The translations under genes were made by a program, and so were the position numbers. DNA of 64,000 bases from Acetobacteraceae bacterium (lineage in GTDB: Bacteria > Pseudomonadota > Alphaproteobacteria > Acetobacterales > Acetobacteraceae). The first letter of the stretch is position 1. Every line of letters begins with the position of its first letter. This document shows, one piece after another, positions 53,165-61,867 of this stretch. The notes under the pieces were generated by a model that had not been told where the DNA came from, did no database searches, and worked only from the letters and a program-made list of their open reading frames with translations. The DNA is taken from positions 1,141,232-1,205,231 of the forward strand of contig CBDAQG010000002.1 in assembly GCA_965198995.1 (NCBI GenBank), written 5' to 3'.

Positions 53165-54175
53165 TCACGGGATGATCGGCTTGCCGATTGTGTTGGGGAA
53201 CAGGTCGTCGAAGAAGAGGTGGACCAGGCCGACGACGCCGACATTGGTGCCGGTGGCGTGGTTGAGCGGGATCAGCGCCTCGAGGCCGAACTCGCCCCAA
53301 TCGGTGAGGTAGATGACGCCGGGCGCGGCGGTCCACGTGGTGCCCTGGCTGCTCGGTCTGGACGCCGGCGAGGTCCAGGTGAACTCGACCAGCGGGATCA
53401 TCTTCCCGATGAAGGAGGGCAGGCCGTAATCCTTCACCTGCGATTGCAAATAGGGGATGCTGTATTGCAGGGTGATGCCGCCGGCCCAGGCGTTGGCGTT
53501 GCCGGTGTTGAACGAGGCGGCGATGCCGCCATTGGCGGCGGCGTTGCTGGCCGGCAGGGGCACCGGCTGGGTCGCCTTCAGCTCGCGGTCGGCGATCGTG
53601 TAGCCGAGCTCGCCGGTGAGCGCGAGCGGGCGCAGCAGCGGGATCGGCAGCTCGTTCAGGCCCTTGCCGACGTAGGCGGTGGGCGCGGTCGAGCCATAAT
53701 GGTCGGCGCCGGTGTGGATGGTGCCGCTGCCGCCGAGCTCGCGGATGATGCCGAGCGAGAGGACGAACTCGTGGTCGGCGTTGGTGTAGGCCTGCCACTT
53801 GCCGGTGATGAGGATGTTCTCGAAGCCGGCCTGGGTCTTGGCGCCGTTTTGCTGCTGGATGTCGTAGCCGTCGTTGACGATCAGCGCGGTGTTCGAGGTG
53901 ATCGTCTTGTCGTATTCGAAGCCGAGATCGACCTCGTGGGTGGGGCCGGTGCCGCCATCGGCGGGGCCGCGGACATAGGTGAAGGCGGGCAGGGAGGCCT
54001 CGTCGGCGACGCCGGGGTCGTCGATGGTCAGGGTGACGGGGAACAGGCGGACGCCGGCGATGACGTGCGCGGTTGCGGGCGTCACGAGCAGACATAGTGC
54101 CGTCGATGTCAGTGCGAGCAGCAGCATATGCGGCCGTATTGCCTTGACCATCGCCGTTCGGCTCAGCAGAAGCAC
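53165..54175 (-). CDS. putative outer-membrane beta-barrel protein (MetA-pathway/'transporter' family-like)
   Basis: It has a signal peptide (..LLLALTSTALCLLVTPATAHV), alternating beta-strand pattern, and an aromatic C-terminal region. The family call is tentative. Confidence 0.5.
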   Translation of the reverse strand: MLLLSRTAMVKAIRPHMLLLALTSTALCLLVTPATAHVIAGVRLFPVTLTIDDPGVADEASLPAFTYVRGPADGGTGPTHEVDLGFEYDKTITSNTALIVNDGYDIQQQNGAKTQAGFENILITGKWQAYTNADHEFVLSLGIIRELGGSGTIHTGADHYGSTAPTAYVGKGLNELPIPLLRPLALTGELGYTIADRELKATQPVPLPASNAAANGGIAASFNTGNANAWAGGITLQYSIPYLQSQVKDYGLPSFIGKMIPLVEFTWTSPASRPSSQGTTWTAAPGVIYLTDWGEFGLEALIPLNHATGTNVGVVGLVHLFFDDLFPNTIGKPIIP

Positions 54176-54446
54176 GCCGACGACTCACCGCCGTTCGTAA
54201 ACACGTCGATAAGCGACTTATCGACTGATCGACGACGCGCGGACACCAGCGTTATACGCCGGCGATCAAGTGCTCCCTTCCAGCAAATCGCGTCCTTTTC
54301 GTGATGCAGGCTGTTCGAACGAGCCTCCGGAGGTTTTGGCCGAGTGGAGACGCCGGCCATTCCTGATTTTCTGCGCATTGCGGCCGAACGACTCTTCATA
54401 CGATGCAGCAGCAATCATTGCCAGCATCGCTCATCCTGATCTCCGC

Positions 54447-56738
54447 TCAAAATGTCCCGGTGAGCCCGAAACGGGCGGAGATCGGTTCGAGCGGGTGAAA
54501 CGTGGCGCCGGACTCGGGGGCCGCAGTGGGACTGACCTGGTATTCGTAGGCATATTGCGAAGCGTAGGCCCGGCTGTAGAAGGTGTTGAAGACGCTGATG
54601 ACGGCTTTCAGGTGGGCGTTGATCTTGTAGCCGACATCCACATTCAATTCCTTGTAGCCGTCCGATCGCAGCGAATTGTCTTCAACGAGCGGGTAGCCGC
54701 CGAGCCAGCGGAACTGGGCGCCGCCATACCAGCGGCCGACATTGTCAACGATCGCGCCGAACGAGCCGATGAAGTTCGGCGCTTGAGGGATGTAGAGGCC
54801 AGGCACGCCATAAGCGGCGATGTTTCCGATGAAATAGCGACTATGCGTAAAGTTGAGGTCTGCACTCAGCTCAATCCAAGAATAGGGCTTATACTGATCG
54901 GATATCTCGATGCCACGAAGCCGGGCCGGCGGGCCGGCATCGTCGACACCGTTATCCGCGTCGTAGGTCAGGAAGGATGCGAAGTCGAGGGAGAAGGCGG
55001 CGAACGTAATTTGCTGCTTGGGCAAGATGTTCATCCGCATGCCGAGCTCTTCGCTGGTGATCTTGGTGAGGAACGGCGTGCCCCGAATGTCGCTGTTAAT
55101 CCCCAATGCAGGGATCGAGCCGACCACACCACGCAGATCATTGCTGTGGAAGCCGCGGCCGGCGCTCACGTAGAACTCGGTCTTGTACCAAGGTCCGAAG
55201 ATCAGGCTGCCCTTGGGCTGCAGAAGGGTTTTCTGCGTGCTGCCGCGGAAGTTGTTGAGCAGATTCTCGTCATTGCCAGCATAATAGTCGTCGCGCAGTC
55301 CCACGACCGTTCTGAACCAGGGCAGCCAGTGGAACGTGTTCTGGCCGTAGATCGCCAGATTGGCGAGCTCGACGCGATCCTGATTGCACTCGTAGAGACC
55401 GCCGCCGCCCAGATTATCCGGGCAGACCGGCAGGACGACACGATCCTTCGTGTGGCGACGATCGATGTATTCGTCGTCGTAACGGCCCTGCAGCCCGAGC
55501 TGGGTCTCGGAGTCGAGACCGCCGATGGTGTCGACACGCGTGTAAGTCGTGGTGCCGCCTGTCGTCACCCGGCTTTCGTCCTGCTGCTCCTGGTCACCGT
55601 TGATCGGGTCGACGAGGTAGTGAGTGAAGTCGTTCCACAGGGTGAGGCGCGAGCTGACCGCGTAGGCGCTGGTGACAAGGCGCCAATTATCACCGCTGAT
55701 GTAGTCATGACCCGACAGGCTGAACCTCTGATTGAACGCCCCATCGGTCGGATCCAGTGTGCCGTAGCGGGTGATCAAACCGTCGTCGAGCGCGCTCACC
55801 GGTTGATCGGTCGTGTTGCTCGACTGGCTGCGGAAGGCCTGGACGGTGAGGTCGTAACCATCGCTCGTGGTGCCGCTGACGTAGTGCAGGGCGCCGTTCA
55901 AGCCGCGATAATTGTCGGGATGCGCCCAGGGACCATTCAGGTGGGAGATCGCGCCCGCGGCGGTCAGACGATCGCCATTCGGGAAGTAGTAGGTGCCGCC
56001 GGCGAACACGCGTTCGTCACCAAGCGTGCCGACGCTGACCGCGATCTGATCGGCGATGGCATCGGCGAGCTTGATGTGAGCGGACCCCAGGCCTGCGAAA
56101 TCGCCGACATTCCCGTAGAACGGACCCTTGGTGTAGTCCAGGCCGTTGGCGAGTTCCGGCATGAACGAGTTCAGCAGCGTGTAGCCTTGACCATGTGCGT
56201 GAGTGGGCTCGTTGTAAGGCACGTCATCGATGAACGTTGCGAAGTCGGTGCCATGATCGAGGTTGAAGCCACGGATCAGGTACTGGTTCGCCTTGCCTTC
56301 GCCGGAATGGATGGTGACCACCAGTCCCGGGACCGACTCCAGGAGCTGCCCGACGCGATAGACGGGCCGAAGGTTCAGTTCCTCCTGCGTCACAGACCCT
56401 GAACTAGCAGTGCTCGCCACGCCCAGTTCATTCTTCCTGGACACGACCTTGACCGTGTCGATGGCAAGCTTGGTTCCGGACGTGGGTGCGGCGGACCTAA
56501 ATCCGCTTGTTTTGGCGTGGCTGTGCTTTGGCGGCTTGCGGTGTGGCGATGCAGGCGCGAGGGGCTGGCTGGTTTGCACGGCAGCTGCATCGGCTGCGAC
56601 CGCGGGTGATGTCGCGATCCCCGAGGCGACAAACAGCAACACAAAGGCTGGCGCCACCAGTGTCGCGCTTTGTCTCGCAGGTGGAATTCGATCGAGCATC
56701 GGCAGCCTTTCGGGCGCGTGTTCGCAACCGGCGAACAA
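54447..56738 (-). CDS. TonB-dependent outer-membrane receptor
   Basis: It has a plug domain (VTQEELNLRPVYRVGQLLESVPGLVV..GKANQYLIRGFNLDHGTDFATFIDDVP), a long beta-barrel and a C-terminal ..RFGLTGTF. The probable start is the internal MLDRIPP.. with a signal peptide. It is lower in GC than the core genes. Confidence 0.92.
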   Translation of the reverse strand: MFAGCEHAPERLPMLDRIPPARQSATLVAPAFVLLFVASGIATSPAVAADAAAVQTSQPLAPASPHRKPPKHSHAKTSGFRSAAPTSGTKLAIDTVKVVSRKNELGVASTASSGSVTQEELNLRPVYRVGQLLESVPGLVVTIHSGEGKANQYLIRGFNLDHGTDFATFIDDVPYNEPTHAHGQGYTLLNSFMPELANGLDYTKGPFYGNVGDFAGLGSAHIKLADAIADQIAVSVGTLGDERVFAGGTYYFPNGDRLTAAGAISHLNGPWAHPDNYRGLNGALHYVSGTTSDGYDLTVQAFRSQSSNTTDQPVSALDDGLITRYGTLDPTDGAFNQRFSLSGHDYISGDNWRLVTSAYAVSSRLTLWNDFTHYLVDPINGDQEQQDESRVTTGGTTTYTRVDTIGGLDSETQLGLQGRYDDEYIDRRHTKDRVVLPVCPDNLGGGGLYECNQDRVELANLAIYGQNTFHWLPWFRTVVGLRDDYYAGNDENLLNNFRGSTQKTLLQPKGSLIFGPWYKTEFYVSAGRGFHSNDLRGVVGSIPALGINSDIRGTPFLTKITSEELGMRMNILPKQQITFAAFSLDFASFLTYDADNGVDDAGPPARLRGIEISDQYKPYSWIELSADLNFTHSRYFIGNIAAYGVPGLYIPQAPNFIGSFGAIVDNVGRWYGGAQFRWLGGYPLVEDNSLRSDGYKELNVDVGYKINAHLKAVISVFNTFYSRAYASQYAYEYQVSPTAAPESGATFHPLEPISARFGLTGTF

Positions 56739-57475
56739 AGACCGTTCAAGTCGATGAGCGCTGGTGAAGAAACTCAGCTGACGCGCTGACCGCCACGCCG
56801 TTGTGACGCTAACATCAGCAAGTCGAATGCTGTAAGCACAAGTCCTGGCGGCAGGACAAGCTCTAAACGAGCTGTAGCGACGTGCTTAGCACCTAGTAAT
56901 CCCGCACCTGACCCTCGTTGGTCAGTAACGACGCGATCAGAGTAGCTGATTACGACGAAGCGTCAAGACTTTTTGAAAGCCGGCTCGATCAAGACGCTGA
57001 AGGTGCTAGTTTAGGGTAGGGGGGTATACTAGTCACGAGGGAGTCACAGCGACATTAAAGTGACCGTCGCATGATTTAGCTCGCTAGCCGACCCGGCACT
57101 ACGGCATGGTTAGTGGACCATCATTACGAGCATGGGAGCCTTGACGCATACAATTGGGCAGAAATGCAAGCTTCTCGCTTGCATCCACAGAGTGTTTGGG
57201 TCAAATCGGACCTGCTGGCGTGACGCCTCTTGCTAACCGTGCGGGGGTTCTCCGCCAGGGGCGGCTCGCCAGAGGGTGATAGGGACATGGATGCCAACCT
57301 GCCGGCAGCTCAGACATTTTAGTCGCCATCAGAGGCCGCCAAGTTGCCAGACGCACCAGTCAGGCCTCTCGGCTCAACTCGGTTGCTGATTGTCGCGGCG
57401 ATCATACAGAGATCGCTGAGGTGAGGACGGCTTCGGGCCTGAAAGTCGTCATTCGAGGGAGTGACTCAAGCAATC

Positions 57476-57889
57476 ATGAGCGACCTCATTGAAGCGGTCT
57501 TGTTGGTGTGCACGAGGTGCAACTACGCCGACACGCAGCACGGGCAGACCGGACTCCGCAGCGGACGCAAGCTGCTCGAGGCAATCCAAGCTTTACCGAA
57601 ACCCCTTGCGGCGATCCATGTGCAGCCAATCGCGTGTCTGTCCGGGTGCAAGCGGGCGTGCACCGTCGCTTTGACCGGGCCCGGCAAGGTGGGCGACCTG
57701 TTCGGCGATCTGCCGCCTGATGCAAACGCTGCATCCGCAGTGACAACCCTCGCAGCGCGCTACGTAAAGGCCCCGAACGGCTACCTGCCGCGTGCCTCAC
57801 GACCGACCCTGCTGCGCGACGGTATCCTGGCGCGGCTCCCTCCTGTCGACTGGGCTGGAAGCGGAGAGATCATATGGCCAACGAGTTGA
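57476..57889 (+). CDS. DUF1636 family metal-binding (thioredoxin-like [2Fe-2S]-type Cys pattern) protein
   Basis: GAGGGAG lies about 10 nt upstream of the ATG at 57476. It reads LLVCTRCN...IACLSGCKRACTVAL, the four-Cys pattern remembered from DUF1636. The track start GTG 57461 is an alternative. Confidence 0.65.
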   Translation: MSDLIEAVLLVCTRCNYADTQHGQTGLRSGRKLLEAIQALPKPLAAIHVQPIACLSGCKRACTVALTGPGKVGDLFGDLPPDANAASAVTTLAARYVKAPNGYLPRASRPTLLRDGILARLPPVDWAGSGEIIWPTS

Positions 57890-58335
57890 TCACCGGCGGT
57901 CATCTAGTCAAATCCTGACATCGAAGGCGGCGTCGGCCGAGCGCCTGGGATGCCGCATGCGATCGAGATCGTTGCGTCGGCAGTTCTTGCCGATGGAAGA
58001 CAGGGCTCAAGAGCAGAGGTGCTGGAGAGCGTCGCGGCCGGGCTTCCCTGCGTCATGACGGTGGTGGCGCCGACGGGAACGAGCTGTGGTCGGGTCTGCG
58101 GCGGCGCCTCGATGACAGTTCGGGCGAACCGGCATCTGCCTCGATATGGCCGAGCGCGCGCCGTTTCCGATCCGGCTGGATGAGCCTGGCCCAGCTATGT
58201 CGACGATTAGCAGGTTTGGTGGGTGGTGGACATAAGCGCATGGGTCACAAGAGGCTGTCCCATCGTCTCGGCACCCGTTCTTCATACGGGCGGCTTAACC
58301 TGAAAACGGGCTCTGCAAACGCACGAGAGAACGAC

Positions 58336-58878
58336 ATGACCGAGAAAGCGCCTACGATTGTCAACATGCACACGGCGCCGGAAATCGCGGCCGACGTGCC
58401 GGCCTCCTGGGCGCATTTTCGGCGCGAGTTGACGCCTGCAATGGCGGAGGCGGGGCCGGGGCGTTTCGGGATGGGCCGTCTTGGCATGAACGCCAGGCGT
58501 GTGCCTCCGGGCCATAGCGCGTGCCCGGCGCACACGCACGCCATGGCCGACGAGATCTTCGTCGTGCTCGAAGGGCAGGGCCTGTTCCGCTACGGCGATC
58601 GCGTGCACGAGATCCGCCCCGGCGACTGCATTTCCTGTCCGGCCGACACGGGGATCGCCCATCAGATCGCCAACCCCGCAACCCCGGACGGCACGGGCGA
58701 CCTGGTCTATCTCGCGATCGGCGCCGAGCCGCCCGGGGATGTTTGCACCTATCCGGACAACGGCCAGATTGTGATCGATGCTCTGGGTCGCCGGGGGTTC
58801 CTGCGCGAGGCCGATTATTACGACGGGCAGCCACAACCCACGCCGATTCTGACGCACCGCCGCGACGCACCCGTCTGA
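58336..58878 (+). CDS. cupin domain protein
   Basis: From the ATG at 58336 it reads RRVPPGHSACPAHTHAMADEIFVVLEGQGLFRYGDRVHEIRPGDCISCP..GIAHQIAN, the cupin motifs 1 and 2. The track ORF from 58180 overshoots. Confidence 0.8.
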   Translation: MTEKAPTIVNMHTAPEIAADVPASWAHFRRELTPAMAEAGPGRFGMGRLGMNARRVPPGHSACPAHTHAMADEIFVVLEGQGLFRYGDRVHEIRPGDCISCPADTGIAHQIANPATPDGTGDLVYLAIGAEPPGDVCTYPDNGQIVIDALGRRGFLREADYYDGQPQPTPILTHRRDAPV

Positions 58879-59073
58879 TCGGAGCGCGTCAGGCGCGCGG
58901 TCACCTTCGACACGCTCCCTGCGTATCGCTTGCGGACACGTCAGATGCCCTGTGGGCGCGGCTACGACAGTTTGCAAAGGGGCGGTCGCTGCCGGTGAGA
59001 AACCGGCAGTCCGCGTCGACGACGTCAGCACGCGAGCCGACGCCGGAGGTCATGCAAGGCTGATGATGGTCAT

Positions 59074-60150
59074 CTAACAGCAGGAGGCACCGATCGGAGG
59101 CGTGCTCGTGGTGAACGGGCTCGCCGTGCCACAGCCCGCAAAGACGCCGTAATGGGTCGAGAAGTCGCCGAAGAAGTCGAAATGTTCGGCAAAGCGCGTC
59201 TCCTTCAGCATCTTCCAGGTGTTGCCGCACACCGGGAACAGCCTGCCCGCCTCGATCTGGTGGTGGCTGTCGAGCCCGAACACGCGTTCGGCGCCGGCCA
59301 GCGTGCCGCGGTAGCGCACCGCCTGGCCATAGTCCTCGCATTGCGGCTCAAGGCCGTCGAGCTTGAACAGGCGATAGGTCGCGGCATGGAACAGGATGCC
59401 GTCGAGGCTTCGCGCGATCGCCGGGTCATCGATGCCGAGCGGACGGTCGGACACCAGCCGGGGATCGGCGAAGCCGGCGGACCTGGCGAGGCGGTCGAAG
59501 TCGCCCCAGTAGAGCGCCCCGGCCAGGCATTCGCCATGCAGCACCGGGTCGGCCAGCAGGGCGGCGGGCACCCTGCGGTCGGCATACACGTCGGAGAAGT
59601 AGAGTTCGCCACCCGGCTTGAGCAGCCGGTGCGCGGCGGCGAACACCGCCGCCTTGTCGGCGACAAGGTTGATCACGCAGTTGGACACGACGACGTCGAA
59701 CTGCGCATCGGGCAGCGGCAGCGCGTCGAGCTGCTCGATGTCGCCCTCGATGAAGCGGACGTTGGAGGCGGCATAGCCGAACCGCAGGCGATGCCACTCG
59801 AGATGGCGCTCGGCGACCGCGATCTGCGCGCGCGTCGCGTCGATGCCGGTGACGCTGCCGTGCTCGCCCACGAGTTGGGCGAGCACGTAGGCGTCCTGGC
59901 CGGAACCCGAGCCGAGGTCGAGGATGCGGGCGCCCTCGATCGCTTCCGGCGCGACCAGTCCGCAGCCGTAATAGCGGCTGCGCACCTCCTCATGCACATG
60001 GGCGAGCGCGGCGCTGATCGCCGGCGGCGGCGCGGCGGGCGTGCAGCAGGCGTCGGTGCGGAGGTCGGCGGAGCTGGACAACACCTCGCCGTAGTAGCTG
60101 CGGCTGTTCTGGATGGTCATGGCGGGTCTTTCCAAGTGGAGCCACGTCAA
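59074..60150 (-). CDS. arsM: arsenite S-adenosylmethionine methyltransferase
   Basis: It has YYGEVLSSSADLRTDACCT, RYYGCG, ILDLGSGSGQD (SAM motif), VVSNCVINL and HGECLAGAL. All four conserved As(III)-binding Cys contexts of ArsM are present. A TTG at 60150 overlaps the upstream TGA (alternative ATG 60120). Confidence 0.9.
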   Translation of the reverse strand: MTWLHLERPAMTIQNSRSYYGEVLSSSADLRTDACCTPAAPPPAISAALAHVHEEVRSRYYGCGLVAPEAIEGARILDLGSGSGQDAYVLAQLVGEHGSVTGIDATRAQIAVAERHLEWHRLRFGYAASNVRFIEGDIEQLDALPLPDAQFDVVVSNCVINLVADKAAVFAAAHRLLKPGGELYFSDVYADRRVPAALLADPVLHGECLAGALYWGDFDRLARSAGFADPRLVSDRPLGIDDPAIARSLDGILFHAATYRLFKLDGLEPQCEDYGQAVRYRGTLAGAERVFGLDSHHQIEAGRLFPVCGNTWKMLKETRFAEHFDFFGDFSTHYGVFAGCGTASPFTTSTPPIGASCC

Positions 60151-60836
60151 AGCGGCGCTCTGGGGAACAGGAAACTAGCGGCTGCCGAGCCGGCCAGGGC
60201 GCCGGCGAGCTGGGCGACGATGAAGCCCGGCACGTCGGCGGGCGCGATGCCGGCGAAGCTGTCCGACAGCGAGCGGGCGATGGTGATCGCGGGATTGGCG
60301 AAGCTGGTCGACGAGGTGAACCAGTAGGCGGCGGTGATGGAGAGCGCCACCGCGGCCGCGATCGCCTCGGGCCGATGGCGCGCGGTGCCGATGATGGTGA
60401 CGATCAGGCCGAAGGTCGCGACGAACTCGCCGGCCCACTGGCCGATCCCGGTCCGGCTCCTGACAGACACCTCCACGATCGGCATGCCAAACATGAGGTG
60501 GGTGGTCCAGACGCCGCACACGCCGGCGGCGATCTGGACGGGGATGAAGGCGGCGGCCTCGCGCCACGCGATGTCGCCTCGCACCGCCGCGACCAGGGTC
60601 ACCGCCGGGTTCATCTGGGCGCCGGAGATCGGCCCTAGCATGGTGATCAGGACGAACAGCATCGCGCCCGTGGCGGCGGTGTTGGCGGTCAGCGCCACGC
60701 CGGCATTGCCGCCGGAGAGGCGCTGGGCCATGACTCCCGAGCCGACGACGGACGCGAAGAGAAGGAACGAGCCGATCGCCTCGGCGGCAAGCTGGCGCGT
60801 CAATGGCGCGCGGCGGGTGATGTCGAGTTTGGTCAC
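60147..60836 (-). CDS. MIP family channel (aquaglyceroporin, AqpS/GlpF-like)
   Basis: It starts with GTG, has six TM segments, and carries two NPA boxes (GAQMNPAVTL and SFANPAITI). It sits between the radical SAM gene and arsM. Confidence 0.9.
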   Translation of the reverse strand: MTKLDITRRAPLTRQLAAEAIGSFLLFASVVGSGVMAQRLSGGNAGVALTANTAATGAMLFVLITMLGPISGAQMNPAVTLVAAVRGDIAWREAAAFIPVQIAAGVCGVWTTHLMFGMPIVEVSVRSRTGIGQWAGEFVATFGLIVTIIGTARHRPEAIAAAVALSITAAYWFTSSTSFANPAITIARSLSDSFAGIAPADVPGFIVAQLAGALAGSAAASFLFPRAPL

Positions 60837-60883
60837 GGCCGCCGGTTTTGGTTACGGCCGCCGGTATTGCTCAGGGCGAGCGA

Positions 60884-61867
60884 TCAGCGCGAACAGCTGG
60901 CGCCGCCGAGCACGCAGAAGCGCGCGCAATGCGGGTGGTTGAGCGAGACGTCGCCCGCCGCCTCGCTGAGCGACGCCCCCATGTCGAAGCCGGCATTGAA
61001 GGGGATCAGCGTGCAGGCGGCGACGCGTGGCGACGCCTCGCCGCGGCGATGCACGACCATCCGGCTGGTGGCGCACATCACGTCAAGCGGGGACTTGCCG
61101 AGGATGCCCCAGCAGGCCGTCGTGATCTCGGGGACGTCGAGCTGCGCATCCATCTCCGGGAACAGCACCAGGCGGGACGGATCAGCGACGTCGAGCCTGA
61201 CGCCTTCGGCGGTGAACAGGGCGTGATAGCCGGCGCGGGCGGCCGCCTCGGTCTCGTGGCCGAGATGGCGGCCGGCGACGGCGATCCGAAAACCGTGCGT
61301 CGACAGCCAGCGCAGGCCGCTCAGCGCGCTGCTCCAGCTGCCCGCGCCGCGCTCCGCCTCGTGCACGCTTTCGGTGTAATGATCGAGGCTGACGCGCAGC
61401 GTCAGGCGGTCGCCGTGCGCGCGCAGCAGCGCCAGGAGCGGCGTCTCGTAGCGCCGCATCGGACGCATGGCGTTGGTGAGGACGATCACCTGCCGGCCGC
61501 GGCCGAGCGCGTTCTCGATCATCGTGGCGATCTCACGATTGAGGAACGGCTCGCCGCCGGTGAAGCCGATCTCGCGCGTCGGCAGCCGCAAAGCCTCGAC
61601 CTCGTCGAGGTAACGGGTGACGTCGGCGGCGGCGAGGTAGATCAGGGCGTCGTTGGTGGGTGAGCTCTCGATGTAGCAGTTGGCGCAGGCGATGTTGCAG
61701 AGCGTGCCGGTGTTGAACCAGAGGGTTTGCAGCGCCGCCAGCGAGACCGTCGCGCGCGGCTCGCCGGCCGCCGTCCAGGCCGGATCGGCGAACTTGGCCT
61801 GGGAGAGCGGTAGCCCGCCATCGATGGCGAAGGGCGATCGCGTGGGGGTGGTGCGGGCGGCGCTCAT
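60884..61867 (-). CDS. radical SAM protein, ArsS/ArsL-like (CxxxCxxC plus Cys-rich C-terminus)
   Basis: It has TLCNIACANCYIESSP (radical SAM cluster motif), GFTGGEPFL, and a C-terminus HPHCARFCVLGGASCSR that resembles the Cys-rich tail of arsenosugar synthase ArsS. The ATG at 61867 overlaps the upstream TGA (ATGA). An alternative start at 61909 would overlap the upstream gene by 46 nt. Confidence 0.8.
   Translation of the reverse strand: MSAARTTPTRSPFAIDGGLPLSQAKFADPAWTAAGEPRATVSLAALQTLWFNTGTLCNIACANCYIESSPTNDALIYLAAADVTRYLDEVEALRLPTREIGFTGGEPFLNREIATMIENALGRGRQVIVLTNAMRPMRRYETPLLALLRAHGDRLTLRVSLDHYTESVHEAERGAGSWSSALSGLRWLSTHGFRIAVAGRHLGHETEAAARAGYHALFTAEGVRLDVADPSRLVLFPEMDAQLDVPEITTACWGILGKSPLDVMCATSRMVVHRRGEASPRVAACTLIPFNAGFDMGASLSEAAGDVSLNHPHCARFCVLGGASCSR

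Noticed and set aside
57230-57460. A cobalamin riboswitch upstream of the DUF1636 gene, or on the other strand upstream of the TonB receptor.
   Set aside because: Only weak resemblances exist: GGTGATAGGGAC.., GCCATCAG, and AGTCAGG as a partial B12-box start. The conserved core (GGGAA..GGTG..CCCGCAACTGTAA, GCCACTG, full B12 box AGYCMGGAGACCKGCC) is not present on either strand. This needs cmscan with RF00174 for a definitive answer.
57950-58183. A 77-aa ORF (MPHAIEIVASAVLADGRQGSRAEVLESVAAGLPCVMTVVAP..) resembling the N-terminus of MobA-like NTP transferases.
   Set aside because: It is far too short for the family (about 200 aa). The GxGxR-type motif is degenerate (LADGRQGSR) and no downstream domain follows. 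At best it is a gene remnant, so it is not reported as a feature.
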